From an uncultured Spirochaetota bacterium (GTDB taxonomy: Bacteria > Spirochaetota > Spirochaetia > SZUA-6 > Fen-1364): a stretch of DNA of 64,000 nucleotides. Position 1 is the first letter of the stretch, and each line of letters starts with the position of its first letter. The DNA lies in assembly GCA_963745235.1 (NCBI GenBank), contig CAVUXE010000003.1, positions 64,001 to 128,000 on the forward strand. Reading direction: 5' to 3'. Below are positions 32,113 to 41,958 of this stretch, piece by piece. A program made the position numbers and the translations under genes. A model generated the notes under the pieces. It saw nothing but the letters and a program-made list of their open reading frames with translations. It was not told the origin of the DNA and searched no databases.

Positions 32113-33093
32113 GTGCAAAGCACCTCGGAGACCATCCTCAGGGTGAACGACCTCACCATCCAATACCCGATTTCCATCGGAATCGTTCGCGCCGTGGAAG
32201 GGGTGTCATTCACCCTGGCGGACGGGGAAGCGCTGGGGCTGGTGGGTGAGTCGGGATGCGGCAAGTCCACCCTGGGGCTGTCCCTCCTCAAGCTCCTCCG
32301 CCCGCCCGGTCGGGTCACCGGCGGCAGCATCCTGTATCGCGGGACGGACATCCTGGGCCTGGACGGGCGCGCCCTGCTTGCGATGCGGGGGCGCAGCATC
32401 TCCATGATCTTCCAGAACCCCCTGACGTCGTTGAACCCGCTTTTCACGGTGGAGCGCCACTTCCTGGAGACCATCCACTTTCACGACCCGTCGATGTCGC
32501 GCGGCAAAGCCCTTGCGGCAACGGGGAAAATGCTTACCACCCTCGGCATCGAGGAGAAGCGGCTTCGGGAATACCCGCACCAGCTCTCCGGCGGGATGCG
32601 CCAGAGGATCATGATAGGGCTCGCCCTGATCATGAACCCCGACATCCTGATTGCAGACGAGCCCACGACCTCCCTGGACGTGATCGTGGAAGCGGGGTTC
32701 ACCGAGCTGCTCGCGAACCTGCGGAAGGTCTACAAGCTCTCCATCATCCTCATCACGCACAACCTGGGCCTCGTTGCGGAGATCGCGGACCGGATCGCCG
32801 TGATGTACGGGGGAAGGATCATGGAGATCGGCTCGGCGCAGGACATTTTCGCCCGGCCCATGCATCCCTACACGCAGGGGCTGATCGATTGCGTTCCCAA
32901 CATCCGGCTCGACCAGAAGGAGCTGGTGACGATGCCGGGCAGCCCCCCGACCTGGTAGCCCCGCCCGTGGGCTGCAGGTTTGCCCCTCGCTGCCCGAAGG
33001 TGATGCCCGTGTGCACGGAGCGAATCCCCCGGGCTCCTGGAGCATGCCCCCGAGCACAGCGCCGCATGCTGGCTGTACGAGAGGGACGGCTGA
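32113..33093 (+). CDS. Peptide ABC ATPase (DppD/OppD), two indels in the 3' part (near 32946 and 33030)
   Basis: GESGCGKS, LSGGMRQR, ADEPTT, HPYT, GCRFAPRC..AACWLY. Confidence 0.9.
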
Positions 33094-33096
33094 GTC

Positions 33097-34073
33097 ATGG
33101 CGACACTCGTTGCGGCCATCGACCTGGTGAAGGACTTCCCCCTCCGCGGCTCCCTCTTCGACGCTTTCTCCTCCCACCGCGCGGCAGTGCACGCGGTGGA
33201 TCGGGTCAGCCTCACCTCGCCGAAGGAGAGGTGCTCGGGCTGGCCGGAGAGAGCGGCTCGGGCAAGTCCACAACGGGACGGCTGCTCCTTCGGCTCCTCG
33301 AGCCTACTTCGGGACGGGTCGAGTACCGCGGCAGGGACATCACGGGCCTGGGCACCCGGGAGCTGGCGGCGTTTCGCTCCCGGGCCCAGATCGTTTTCCA
33401 GGATCCCAACTCATCGCTTTCCCCTCGCATGAGCGTCGGACAGGCCATCACGCATCCCCTGCAGATCCACGGAATCGGGACCGCAGCGGAGCAGAAGGCC
33501 CGCGTGCTGGACCTCATGGAGAAGGTCGGGCTCTCCCCGGCCCAGTTCCTCTACCGAAAGTACCCCCACCAGCTCTCGGGCGGGCAGAGCCAGCGGGTGG
33601 TGATCGCCCGGGCGCTGGTCACGCGGCCTGACTTCCTTGTGGCGGACGAGCCCATCGCCATGGCGGACGTTTCCGTGCGCGCGCTCATCCTGCAGCTCAT
33701 GCGGCAGCTCAAGGAGGACATGGGGCTCACCTACCTGTTCATCACGCATGACCTGGCCACTGCGAAGTACCTGTGCGACAGGATCGCCGTGATGTACCTC
33801 GGACGGATCGTGGAGGTTGCCCCGCGGGACGAGCTTTTCAGCCGTCCGCACCACCCCTACACGAAAGCGCTCCTTGCCGCCGTGCCCGTCCCGGATCCCC
33901 GGGCCCGGCGCGACAAGAACCTCCCCCGAGGAGAGATCCCCAGCGCGATCGATCCGCCACCCGGCTGCCACTTCCATCCCCGCTGTCCCTTTGCCGTGGC
34001 GAAGTGCAGGGAAGCGCGGCCGCCCCTGCGGGAAATCGCCCCCGGGCACGTGTCCGCCTGCATCCTGGACTAG
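33097..34073 (+). CDS. Peptide ABC ATPase (DppF/OppF), -1 indel near 33216
   Basis: HAVDRVSL, GESGSGKST, LSGGQSQR, GCHFHPRC. Confidence 0.9.
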
Positions 34074-34150
34074 CCCACAGGCTGTCCGCGGACGGGGACG
34101 GGAACGCCTCTCCGGCTCGCCGTTCCCGGGAACCGTCAGTATCTTCTCTC

Positions 34151-35326
34151 ATGCGAATAGAACGTCGAATTCGTGGCGCAGTGTGCCTCTCGGTCCATCC
34201 CCACGGGTGCGAGGAGCACGTCCAGGAGCAGATTGCCTACATCAGGTCGCAGCCGGCGCCCGAGGGAGGGCCGCGAAAAGTCCTGATCATCGGGGCCTCC
34301 ACGGGGTACGGCCTGGCTTCCCGCATCACCGCCGCATTTGGAAACAGGGCGGACACTGTTGGCGTTTTCTACGAGCGGCCCGCGGATGACGAGCGGACCG
34401 CCTCCGCGGGCTGGTACAACAGCGCGTTCTTCGAAGAGGAAGCGCGGAAGGACGGCTTGCGGGCGTGGAGCCTGAACGGCGACGCCTTCACAGACGATAT
34501 CAAGCGCCAGACCCTCGAGCTCGTGCGCACAACCATGGGCCCGGTGGACCTGGTGGTCTACAGCGTGGCTGCCCCCCGGCGGGGGGAGCACACCTCCTCG
34601 CTTCGGCCCATTGGCAAGCCGTTCACGAGCAAGACCGTGAACTTCCAGACCCGCCAGGTCTATGAGACCACCGTCCCTCCATCGACCGAACAGGAGATCA
34701 CGGGGACTATTGCCGTGATGGGCGGGGAGGACTGGAAGTTGTGGATCGAGGCGCTGCGGGGCGCCGGGCTCCTGGCACAGGGCGCCATCACCATTGCATA
34801 TTCGTACATCGGCTCCGCTCCCATGGCTCCCATCTATAGAAGCGGGACCATCGGCAGGGCCAAGGAGCACCTGGAGGCGACCGCCCGGGAAATGGATGCG
34901 GAGCTTGCCTCCATTGGCGGAAGGGCCATCGTGGCGGTGAACAAGGCGGTCGTGACGCTGGCGAGCGCCGCCATCCCCTTCGTGCCTCTCTACATCGCGC
35001 TCCTGTACAAGGTCATGAAGGACAGGGGCAGCCACGAAGGCTGCATCGAGCAGATGAACCGCCTCTTCCGTGATCGGCTGTACACGGGGGGCCCCATCCC
35101 CGTGGACGAGGCCGGCCGCATCCGGCTGGACGAGCGGGAGCTTGACGCGGCGGTCCAGGAGCGAGTGCAGAAACTGATGGAGCAGGTCTCAACGGAGAAC
35201 CTGCAGCAGCTGTCGGACTTCGAGGGCTACCGCAAGGAGCTTGCCCGCATCTGCGGTTTCGATTCCCCCGGCGTGAACTACGCGGAGGACGTCGACCCGC
35301 GCGTGAGGATTCCGTCGCTGATCTAG
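34151..35326 (+). CDS. fabV: Enoyl-ACP / trans-2-enoyl-CoA reductase FabV/Ter
   Basis: HPHGC, GASTGYGLASRI, INGDAF-like motif, VMGGEDW, GTIGRAK, HEGCIEQ. Confidence 0.93.
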   Translation: MRIERRIRGAVCLSVHPHGCEEHVQEQIAYIRSQPAPEGGPRKVLIIGASTGYGLASRITAAFGNRADTVGVFYERPADDERTASAGWYNSAFFEEEARKDGLRAWSLNGDAFTDDIKRQTLELVRTTMGPVDLVVYSVAAPRRGEHTSSLRPIGKPFTSKTVNFQTRQVYETTVPPSTEQEITGTIAVMGGEDWKLWIEALRGAGLLAQGAITIAYSYIGSAPMAPIYRSGTIGRAKEHLEATAREMDAELASIGGRAIVAVNKAVVTLASAAIPFVPLYIALLYKVMKDRGSHEGCIEQMNRLFRDRLYTGGPIPVDEAGRIRLDERELDAAVQERVQKLMEQVSTENLQQLSDFEGYRKELARICGFDSPGVNYAEDVDPRVRIPSLI

Positions 35327-35414
35327 GGCCGCCGCTCCGTCCCCGGCCGCGGCTGAAGCGCCGCTGAAAGCGCTGCCTTTACCCGCCCCCCTCTCCCCTG
35401 CTATCCTCGATTTC

Positions 35415-36494
35415 ATGGACACGTCCACCCTCGTGAAGGAGCTCGTGGAAGCGCGCGGCGCCTCGGGGTACGAGACCGAAGTCCGCGAGGTGGTGAAGAA
35501 GCGCTTCAGCGAGTTCGCCCACGAGGTGAGGGTGGACGCCCTGGGCAACCTGATTGCCCTGCGCAGGGGTGAAGGCGCCTCCGCTCCGCGGCCGTGCGTC
35601 ATGCTCGCCGGTCACATGGATGAGATTGCCCTCATGGTGACCCGCTTGGAAAAAGGGTTCCTCCAGGTCACCCAGATCGGGGGCTTCGATCCCCGGGTGC
35701 TTTTTGGCCAGGAGGTGGTGGTTCACGGCTCCCGGGAGCTGCCCGGACTGGTTGTCAGCGTTCCCCCCCACTTCACGGACCCCTCGGAAAGGGAAAGGCC
35801 TGTGCCGCTGGAGAAGCTCTTCATCGATGTCGGGCTTCCGCCGGACGAGGTCACGGGCACAGTTTCCGTTGGCGACATCGTGACGCTGCGCGGCCGCTAT
35901 ACCCAGCTCACCGGAGGGTACGCGGCGGGCAAGTCGATGGACAACAGGGCGGCCGTGGCCGCCATCGCGCTGTGCCTGGAAGAGCTGGCCCGGCGAAGAC
36001 ACTCCTGGAACGTGTTCGCGGTGGCCACCGTCCAGGAGGAAGCCTCCATGGCAGGCGCCGTCACGGGAGCATACGGCATCGACCCCACCATTGCCGTGGC
36101 CGTGGATGTCACCTTCGGGATGCAGCCGGGGCTGTCGCCGAACGAAACAGTGAAAATGGATGGCGGCCCGAGCATTGCCATCGGACCCAATTTCCACCCG
36201 GTCCTCCGCGAGAGGCTCGCCGCGGCAGCGGCGGCGCTGGAGATTCCGCATCAGACGGAGGTGATTGCCGGGTCGAGCGGCACCGACGCCTGGGCCATCC
36301 AGGTGAGCAGGTCCGGCGTTCCCTGCGGCCTCCTGGGGATTCCCCTCCGGTCCATGCACACTCCCGTGGAGACTGTCTGCCTGCGGGACATCGAGAGAAC
36401 GGCAAAGCTCCTGGCGGAGTTCGTCGCCCGGCTCACCCCGGGATTCGAGGACACTCTTTTTACCCGTGACGCGCTCGCGGGGAGAGGAGCCTGA
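35415..36494 (+). CDS. M42 (TET) aminopeptidase, paralog 1
   Basis: AGHMDE, DNR, VQEE, VDVT, GTDA, MHT. Confidence 0.93.
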   Translation: MDTSTLVKELVEARGASGYETEVREVVKKRFSEFAHEVRVDALGNLIALRRGEGASAPRPCVMLAGHMDEIALMVTRLEKGFLQVTQIGGFDPRVLFGQEVVVHGSRELPGLVVSVPPHFTDPSERERPVPLEKLFIDVGLPPDEVTGTVSVGDIVTLRGRYTQLTGGYAAGKSMDNRAAVAAIALCLEELARRRHSWNVFAVATVQEEASMAGAVTGAYGIDPTIAVAVDVTFGMQPGLSPNETVKMDGGPSIAIGPNFHPVLRERLAAAAAALEIPHQTEVIAGSSGTDAWAIQVSRSGVPCGLLGIPLRSMHTPVETVCLRDIERTAKLLAEFVARLTPGFEDTLFTRDALAGRGA

Positions 36495-36498
36495 GAAA

Positions 36499-37536
36499 GT
36501 GCTGCTGAAGAGGCTCTCGGAGGCTTTCGGCGTCTCGGGGCACGAAGAGCACGTGCGGTCTCTCATCCTCCAGGAAATCAGAGACCGCGTTGATGAGTGC
36601 CGGGTCGACCCGATGGGGAACCTCATCGCCCGCAGGAAAGGACCTGGCTCCTCCGCGCTGCGCGTGCTCGCTGCCGCGCACATGGATGAAGTCGGTCTCA
36701 TGGTCACGCAGATCGAGGACACGGGTCTCCTTCGATTCGCGAAAGTCGGCGGCATCGATGACCGGGTCCTTCCCGCGCGCGCGGTGCTGGTCGGGGACGG
36801 CCGCGTGCCGGGGGTCATCGGGTCCAAGCCCGTGCATCTGACGGAGAAGGCCGAGCGTGACAAGGTCATCGACTTCAAGCAGCTTGCCATCGACATCGGC
36901 GCCTCCAGCAAGGGGGAGGCGGAGAGGCTTGTCCGCCGCGGGGACTGCGCCGTGTTCGCAACCGACTTCCTGGAGCTCGCTTCCACCGGCTCGTGGCGGG
37001 CCGTGCGCGGCAAGGCCCTGGATGACCGGGTCGGGTGCGCGCTCCTGGTCGAGCTCCTGAAGGAAAAGCTGCCCTTCGAGCTCATTGCCGCCTTCACGGT
37101 GCAGGAGGAAGTGGGGCTGCGGGGGGCCCGGGTTGCCGCCTACGCGGAGGACCCTGACGCCGCGGTAGTCCTGGAGTGCACGGCCGCCAACGAAGTGCCG
37201 AGCCGAAAGGACGTGAGCCCCTCCACCCGGCTCGGAGACGGCCCGGCGGTCACGGTCATGGACAACAGCTTCATTGCGGATCCGCGGATGGTTGAGCACT
37301 TTCTCTCCGTTGCCGCCCGCAAGGGCATTCCGGTCCAGGTCAAGCAGCCCACCATCGGCGGAACCGATGCGGGAGCCATCCAGCGCGTGCGCCGCGGGGT
37401 TCCCGCAATCACCATCGCGGTGCCCGCGCGTTACATCCATTCGCCGGCGGCCATCATGAACGGGGCGGACTTCGACCACGCGATGGCCCTCGTGCGGGAG
37501 GCAATGCCGCGCCTCCCCGACGCCCTGAGAAAGTGA
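36499..37536 (+). CDS. M42 (TET) aminopeptidase, paralog 2 (GTG start after AGGAG; ORF extends to 36466)
   Basis: AAHMDE, DDR, VQEEVG, LEC, GTDA, IHS. Confidence 0.93.
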   Translation: MLLKRLSEAFGVSGHEEHVRSLILQEIRDRVDECRVDPMGNLIARRKGPGSSALRVLAAAHMDEVGLMVTQIEDTGLLRFAKVGGIDDRVLPARAVLVGDGRVPGVIGSKPVHLTEKAERDKVIDFKQLAIDIGASSKGEAERLVRRGDCAVFATDFLELASTGSWRAVRGKALDDRVGCALLVELLKEKLPFELIAAFTVQEEVGLRGARVAAYAEDPDAAVVLECTAANEVPSRKDVSPSTRLGDGPAVTVMDNSFIADPRMVEHFLSVAARKGIPVQVKQPTIGGTDAGAIQRVRRGVPAITIAVPARYIHSPAAIMNGADFDHAMALVREAMPRLPDALRK

Positions 37537-37537
37537 G

Positions 37538-38563
37538 GTGGACGTGAAGGAGATCATCCGGAAGCTGACGGAATGCTACGGGCCCTCGGGACACGAGGCG
37601 GGCGTGCGCCAGTTGATCCTGGCTGAGCTCACGGATGGAGGCGTCCTGTCGGGGCGGAAGATCGAGACGCGCGTGGACGCCATGGGCAACCTCCTGGTGC
37701 ACCAGAAGGGGAACGGCGGGGGCCGCAAGGTGATGCTTGCGGCGCACATGGATGAGATCGGGGTGGTTGTCACGCACGTCGACCAGAGAGGGTTTCTCAG
37801 GTTCGGGAGCGTTGGCGGCGTGCGCCCCCTTTCCCTCAGCGGCGGACGCGTTCGGTTCTCCGACGGGACAGTCGGGGTGATCGGCCTGGAGAAGCTGGAG
37901 GACACCGCGAAGATCCCTCCCCTGGAGAAGTACTTCATCGACGTCGGCGCGGCGAGCCGCGCGGAGTGTCTGATCAAGGTGGGTGACATCGGGTGCTTCC
38001 AGCGCCCCTGCGAGGAGCTGGGGGACAGGATGATCGCCAAGGCCATGGACGACAGGATCGGGTGCGCCGTTCTCATCCAGGCCCTGCGGGAGCTGCGCGC
38101 GTCCCCGCACGACATCTCCTTTGTTTTCACCGTGCAGGAGGAGATCGGGTTGCGCGGCGCGGTCACCTCGGGATACGGCGCCGAGCCCGATCTGGCCCTT
38201 GCCGTGGACGTCACGCTCACGGGGGACACACCCGAGTGTCCTCCCATGGCGGTGGAGCTGGGCGCCGGCCCGGCCATCAAGATCAAGGACAGCGGGATGC
38301 TCACCCACGTGGGAGTGAAGGAGTGGCTCCTGGCCACGGCAGAGCGCGCCGGCATCCCCCACCAGAGAGAGGTCCTCGTTGCCGGCACCACGGATGCTTC
38401 CGCCATCCAGACCACGCGCGCGGGAGTGCCTGCCGGCTGCGTCTCCATCCCGACGCGCTACGTGCACATGCCCTCGGAAATGGTGGACTACCGCGACGTG
38501 CGGGGCGCGGTGCAGCTCCTGGTGCAGGCGCTGTCGGGACCGATCGACATCAGGAGCCCCTGA
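37538..38563 (+). CDS. M42 (TET) aminopeptidase, paralog 3
   Basis: AAHMDE, DDR, VQEEIG, VDVT, TTDA, VHM. Confidence 0.93.
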   Translation: MDVKEIIRKLTECYGPSGHEAGVRQLILAELTDGGVLSGRKIETRVDAMGNLLVHQKGNGGGRKVMLAAHMDEIGVVVTHVDQRGFLRFGSVGGVRPLSLSGGRVRFSDGTVGVIGLEKLEDTAKIPPLEKYFIDVGAASRAECLIKVGDIGCFQRPCEELGDRMIAKAMDDRIGCAVLIQALRELRASPHDISFVFTVQEEIGLRGAVTSGYGAEPDLALAVDVTLTGDTPECPPMAVELGAGPAIKIKDSGMLTHVGVKEWLLATAERAGIPHQREVLVAGTTDASAIQTTRAGVPAGCVSIPTRYVHMPSEMVDYRDVRGAVQLLVQALSGPIDIRSP

Positions 38564-40131
38564 TGGACCGGGACGGCACCGCACCCCCCTTTCGCTCCCT
38601 CGATACGCGCATCTTCGCGAGCATTGTCGAGGAGAGCCCGACCTCGGTCATCATCACGGACCTGCGCGGCAGCATCGAGTACGTGAACCGCAAGTTCACC
38701 ACGCTGACCGGCTACAGCCGCGGAGAAGTGCTGGGGAAGAACCCGCGCCTCCTGAAATCCGGCCGCCAGTCACCGTCCGTGTACGAGGAATTGTGGCGCA
38801 CCATCGTGGCCGGTGGTGAGTGGCGCGGGGAGCTGTGCAACCGGAAGAAGAACGGCGAGCTGTACTGGGAGCTCGCGGCCATCTCCGCCATCCGGGGAGA
38901 TGACGGCGGCATTGCTCACTTCATAGCGGTGAAAGAGGACATCACCGACCGCAAAGGCATGGAGGAGCTGCTGCGCCACGCGAAGGCCTCCGCGGAAGCG
39001 GCCAACCTTGCGAAGAGCCAGTTCCTTGCCAACATGAGCCACGAGCTGCGCACCCCCCTCAATTCGATCCTCGGCTTCAGCCAGCTTCTGGAGATGCAGC
39101 GAGCTGACGGGGCGGGACGCGCCGGGGCCCTCACGGACAAGCAGCGCGAGTACCTGCGCTGGATCAGGGACGGGGGGGAGCACCTGCTGGACATGGTCAA
39201 CGACGTCCTGGATCTCTCCAAGATAGAAGCGGGGAAGGTGGACCTGGAGAAGAAGCCATTCGATACGGCCGTGCTCGTCCGCCGGGTCCTCACCACCGTC
39301 CGGTCCCTCGCGGCAAAGAAGCACCTCCACGTGGACACCGCCATCGCTCCCGATCTCGGCCTGCTCGACGCCGACGAGGTGAGAGTCAAGCAGGTCCTCT
39401 ACAACCTTCTTTCCAACGCCATCAAGTTCACCGAGCGCGAAAGAAAGATCGGCGTGGAGGCAAGCGGGCACGGCGGGGAGTGTGAGATCACCGTGTGGGA
39501 TGAAGGGATCGGGATCGACGTCGGGGACCGGGAGCGGATCTTCGAGCCTTTCGAGCAGCTGCGCAAGGAGCACGACGAGCACGGGACCGGCCTCGGACTG
39601 ACCATCGTCAAGAACCTCGTGGAGATGCACGGCGGCACGGTTTCCGTCCAGAGCGAGGTGGGCAAGGGCAGCCGCTTCACCGTCCGACTGCCCGGCAGGC
39701 TTCCCGAGAAAAGGGCAGCCTCGCGGGAAACGGCCGCACGCGACACGGAGGAGGCGCGGGAGGAGATGCCGGACATGGCCGGACGGACGGTGCTCGTGGT
39801 GGATGACAGCCCCGCGAACAGCGCCCTGATGCAGAGGATCCTTTCCGCCCTGGGCTGCACCGTGCTGCTCGCCGGCAGCGGTGAGGAAGCGCTTGCCGTG
39901 GCGGGGCATTCCACCTGCGACGCCATATTCATGGACATTCACCTGCCGGGCATGACGGGTACGGAGGCGATGCAGCACATGAGGGAAGCCGGCGTCCGAG
40001 CGCCTGTTGTGGCCCTGACGGCATTCGCGATGAAGGGGGACAGGGAGCGCTTCCTGGCGGACGGGTTTGACGCCTACATCGCCAAGCCGCTGCGGATATC
40101 CGAGATCGTTTCCTTCCTTGAGAAGCTGTGA
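38563..40131 (+). CDS. Cytoplasmic PAS-PAC hybrid histidine kinase with receiver
   Basis: PAS (GKNPRLLKSG), SHELRTPL, NLLSNAIKFT, GTGLGL, FMDIHLP. Confidence 0.93.
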   Translation: MDRDGTAPPFRSLDTRIFASIVEESPTSVIITDLRGSIEYVNRKFTTLTGYSRGEVLGKNPRLLKSGRQSPSVYEELWRTIVAGGEWRGELCNRKKNGELYWELAAISAIRGDDGGIAHFIAVKEDITDRKGMEELLRHAKASAEAANLAKSQFLANMSHELRTPLNSILGFSQLLEMQRADGAGRAGALTDKQREYLRWIRDGGEHLLDMVNDVLDLSKIEAGKVDLEKKPFDTAVLVRRVLTTVRSLAAKKHLHVDTAIAPDLGLLDADEVRVKQVLYNLLSNAIKFTERERKIGVEASGHGGECEITVWDEGIGIDVGDRERIFEPFEQLRKEHDEHGTGLGLTIVKNLVEMHGGTVSVQSEVGKGSRFTVRLPGRLPEKRAASRETAARDTEEAREEMPDMAGRTVLVVDDSPANSALMQRILSALGCTVLLAGSGEEALAVAGHSTCDAIFMDIHLPGMTGTEAMQHMREAGVRAPVVALTAFAMKGDRERFLADGFDAYIAKPLRISEIVSFLEKL

Positions 40132-40727
40132 CGTTTCGCGCGGTGCTCTTCGACTTTGACGGCACCCTCACCCGGCCTGAAGCGCTGGACTTCGGCGAGC
40201 TTCGCCGGCTCCTTTCCTGCCCGCCGGGCGAGCCGATCCTGGAGCACATCCAGGCCCTCCCCACGGAAGAAGAACGACGCAGGTCATGGGAGATCCTGGA
40301 CGCCTTCGAGCTTGCCGCGGCGCGCGCGTCGGTCCCCAACGAGGGATCGGAGGAATTGATCCAGGCGCTGAAGGAGGCGGACATACCGCTGGGGATCCTC
40401 AGCAGGAACAGCCGGGCCTCGGTGCTTGAGGCGATGGAGCGCTTCGCCAGGATGGAGCCAGGGGATTTCTCAGTCATCATCTCCCGCGAGAGTCCCGGAC
40501 GGCCCAAGCCGCATCCCGACGGGGTCGAGCTGGCGGCGCAGTTGTTCGCGCTCGAGCCATCCGAAATCCTCATGGTGGGGGATTTCGTGTTCGACATCAT
40601 GGCAGGCAAGTCCGCGGGGGCAGGAACGGCCTTCCTCACCAACGGCCGGCCCGTGCCGCAGATGCAGGTGAGCCCGGATTACATCGTGTCGACTCTCGCT
40701 GAGCTCCGGCAGGTCCTGGCGCTGTAA
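40128..40727 (+). CDS. HAD-superfamily hydrolase (class IA)
   Basis: FDFDGTL, KPHPDG, MVGDFVFD. Confidence 0.9.
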   Translation: MTFRAVLFDFDGTLTRPEALDFGELRRLLSCPPGEPILEHIQALPTEEERRRSWEILDAFELAAARASVPNEGSEELIQALKEADIPLGILSRNSRASVLEAMERFARMEPGDFSVIISRESPGRPKPHPDGVELAAQLFALEPSEILMVGDFVFDIMAGKSAGAGTAFLTNGRPVPQMQVSPDYIVSTLAELRQVLAL

Positions 40728-40777
40728 GGCCCGGCCGTGCGGCACCTCCCGGAGCAGGAAAGTCCCCGCCCGGCTTT

Positions 40778-41194
40778 TCAGTCCCCGCTGACGGTTACCA
40801 CAAGGGTCCTTTGCCGCGGCCGGACGTCGCATTCGAGCAGAAAGACCTGCTGCCATGTGCCGAGCACGGGCCTGCCTGATTCCACGGGCAGCATCAACGA
40901 CGGGCCCAGCCAGGTGGCTTGCAGGTGGGAGTGGCCATTGCCGTCGTGCCAGGCTCTTTCGTGGCCATAGTCACGGCTGGGCGGAACAATCCTGTCCAGG
41001 GTCGCAGGCAGGTCCGCCATGAGGCCAGGCTCGAACTCGATGGTCCCCACGGCCGCCGTGCTGCCCACGACAAAAACGTGCGCCGTGCCGGTTTCGACTC
41101 CGGCGTCCGAGATCTGACGGGACACCTGGGGCGTGATGTCATGCATGTCCCGGTGACCAGAGGTCTGCACTTCGAACTTTCCCTGCCAGGTCAT
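40778..41194 (-). CDS. yjbQ: YjbQ (UPF0047) family protein
   Basis: GSTA, DGNGHSHL, LGTWQQ. Confidence 0.9.
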   Translation of the reverse strand: MTWQGKFEVQTSGHRDMHDITPQVSRQISDAGVETGTAHVFVVGSTAAVGTIEFEPGLMADLPATLDRIVPPSRDYGHERAWHDGNGHSHLQATWLGPSLMLPVESGRPVLGTWQQVFLLECDVRPRQRTLVVTVSGD

Positions 41195-41958
41195 GGTGCC
41201 TCCCAGCGTCCCAGGAACGCGAGCATCCGATGAAAGCCTTCCCCCTCCCGACGGAAAGAGCCGAGCCCCGGAGAGCAGCATGTGCAGTCCGTGGTCACGA
41301 GGATGCTGCACACTCCGGCGGCCTCCAGCAGCTGAACGTTCGCTGTTTTCAAGTCCAGGCGGAAGTCTCCCCCCGGACCGCGTGACACGGCGGCCTCTCC
41401 GAACTGCCCGCGGAACCCGTCATGCCTCTCCTGCCCCACCGTGTAGCAGCAGGGCCCGATTCCCGGCCCGATGACAGCCAGGATATCGCCTGCCCTCGTT
41501 CCAAAGGATTCCGTCATCACCCGGATGGCCTCCCGGACAATCCCGGTCCCCCTCCAACCCGAGTGCACGAGGCCAAAGGCCCCCGTCCTCCTGTCAGCGA
41601 GAAAAATGGGAAGGCAATCCGCAACAGTGACGGTCAAGACAGCGTCAGGACGAGAAGTGACCATCCCGTCCGCCTCCAGGGCCGCAAGGGACTGCGCCCC
41701 TTGATCACCGACTACGATCACCGTCTTCGAATGGACCTGGTGAGCCGCAAAGGCGCGGCCCCGGGAGACTCCAATGCTGTCAAGAAACCGCGCCCGGTTG
41801 GAAAGCCCCCGCTCGCTGGACAGCGCCATATCGCCCGCGGCCGCAAGTGACAATCCGGCCGATAGCCCCGCCAGCGGCGGAGCTGCGGCGCTCGCCGGAA
41901 GGGGAACTTCGCTAAGCAAATCCACCTGGCCGTATGACAGCGTGACGGCGCTGGTCAT
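41191..41958 (-). CDS. pgeF: YfiH/PgeF laccase-domain purine nucleoside phosphorylase
   Basis: QVHS, ADGMVT, VADCLP, HSGWRG, IGPGIGPCCY. Confidence 0.9.
   Translation of the reverse strand: MTSAVTLSYGQVDLLSEVPLPASAAAPPLAGLSAGLSLAAAGDMALSSERGLSNRARFLDSIGVSRGRAFAAHQVHSKTVIVVGDQGAQSLAALEADGMVTSRPDAVLTVTVADCLPIFLADRRTGAFGLVHSGWRGTGIVREAIRVMTESFGTRAGDILAVIGPGIGPCCYTVGQERHDGFRGQFGEAAVSRGPGGDFRLDLKTANVQLLEAAGVCSILVTTDCTCCSPGLGSFRREGEGFHRMLAFLGRWEAP

Noticed and set aside
32256-34073. 605-aa ORF suggesting a fused double ABC ATPase
   Set aside because: Artefact of indels; dppD ends at TGA 33093 and dppF starts at ATG 33097
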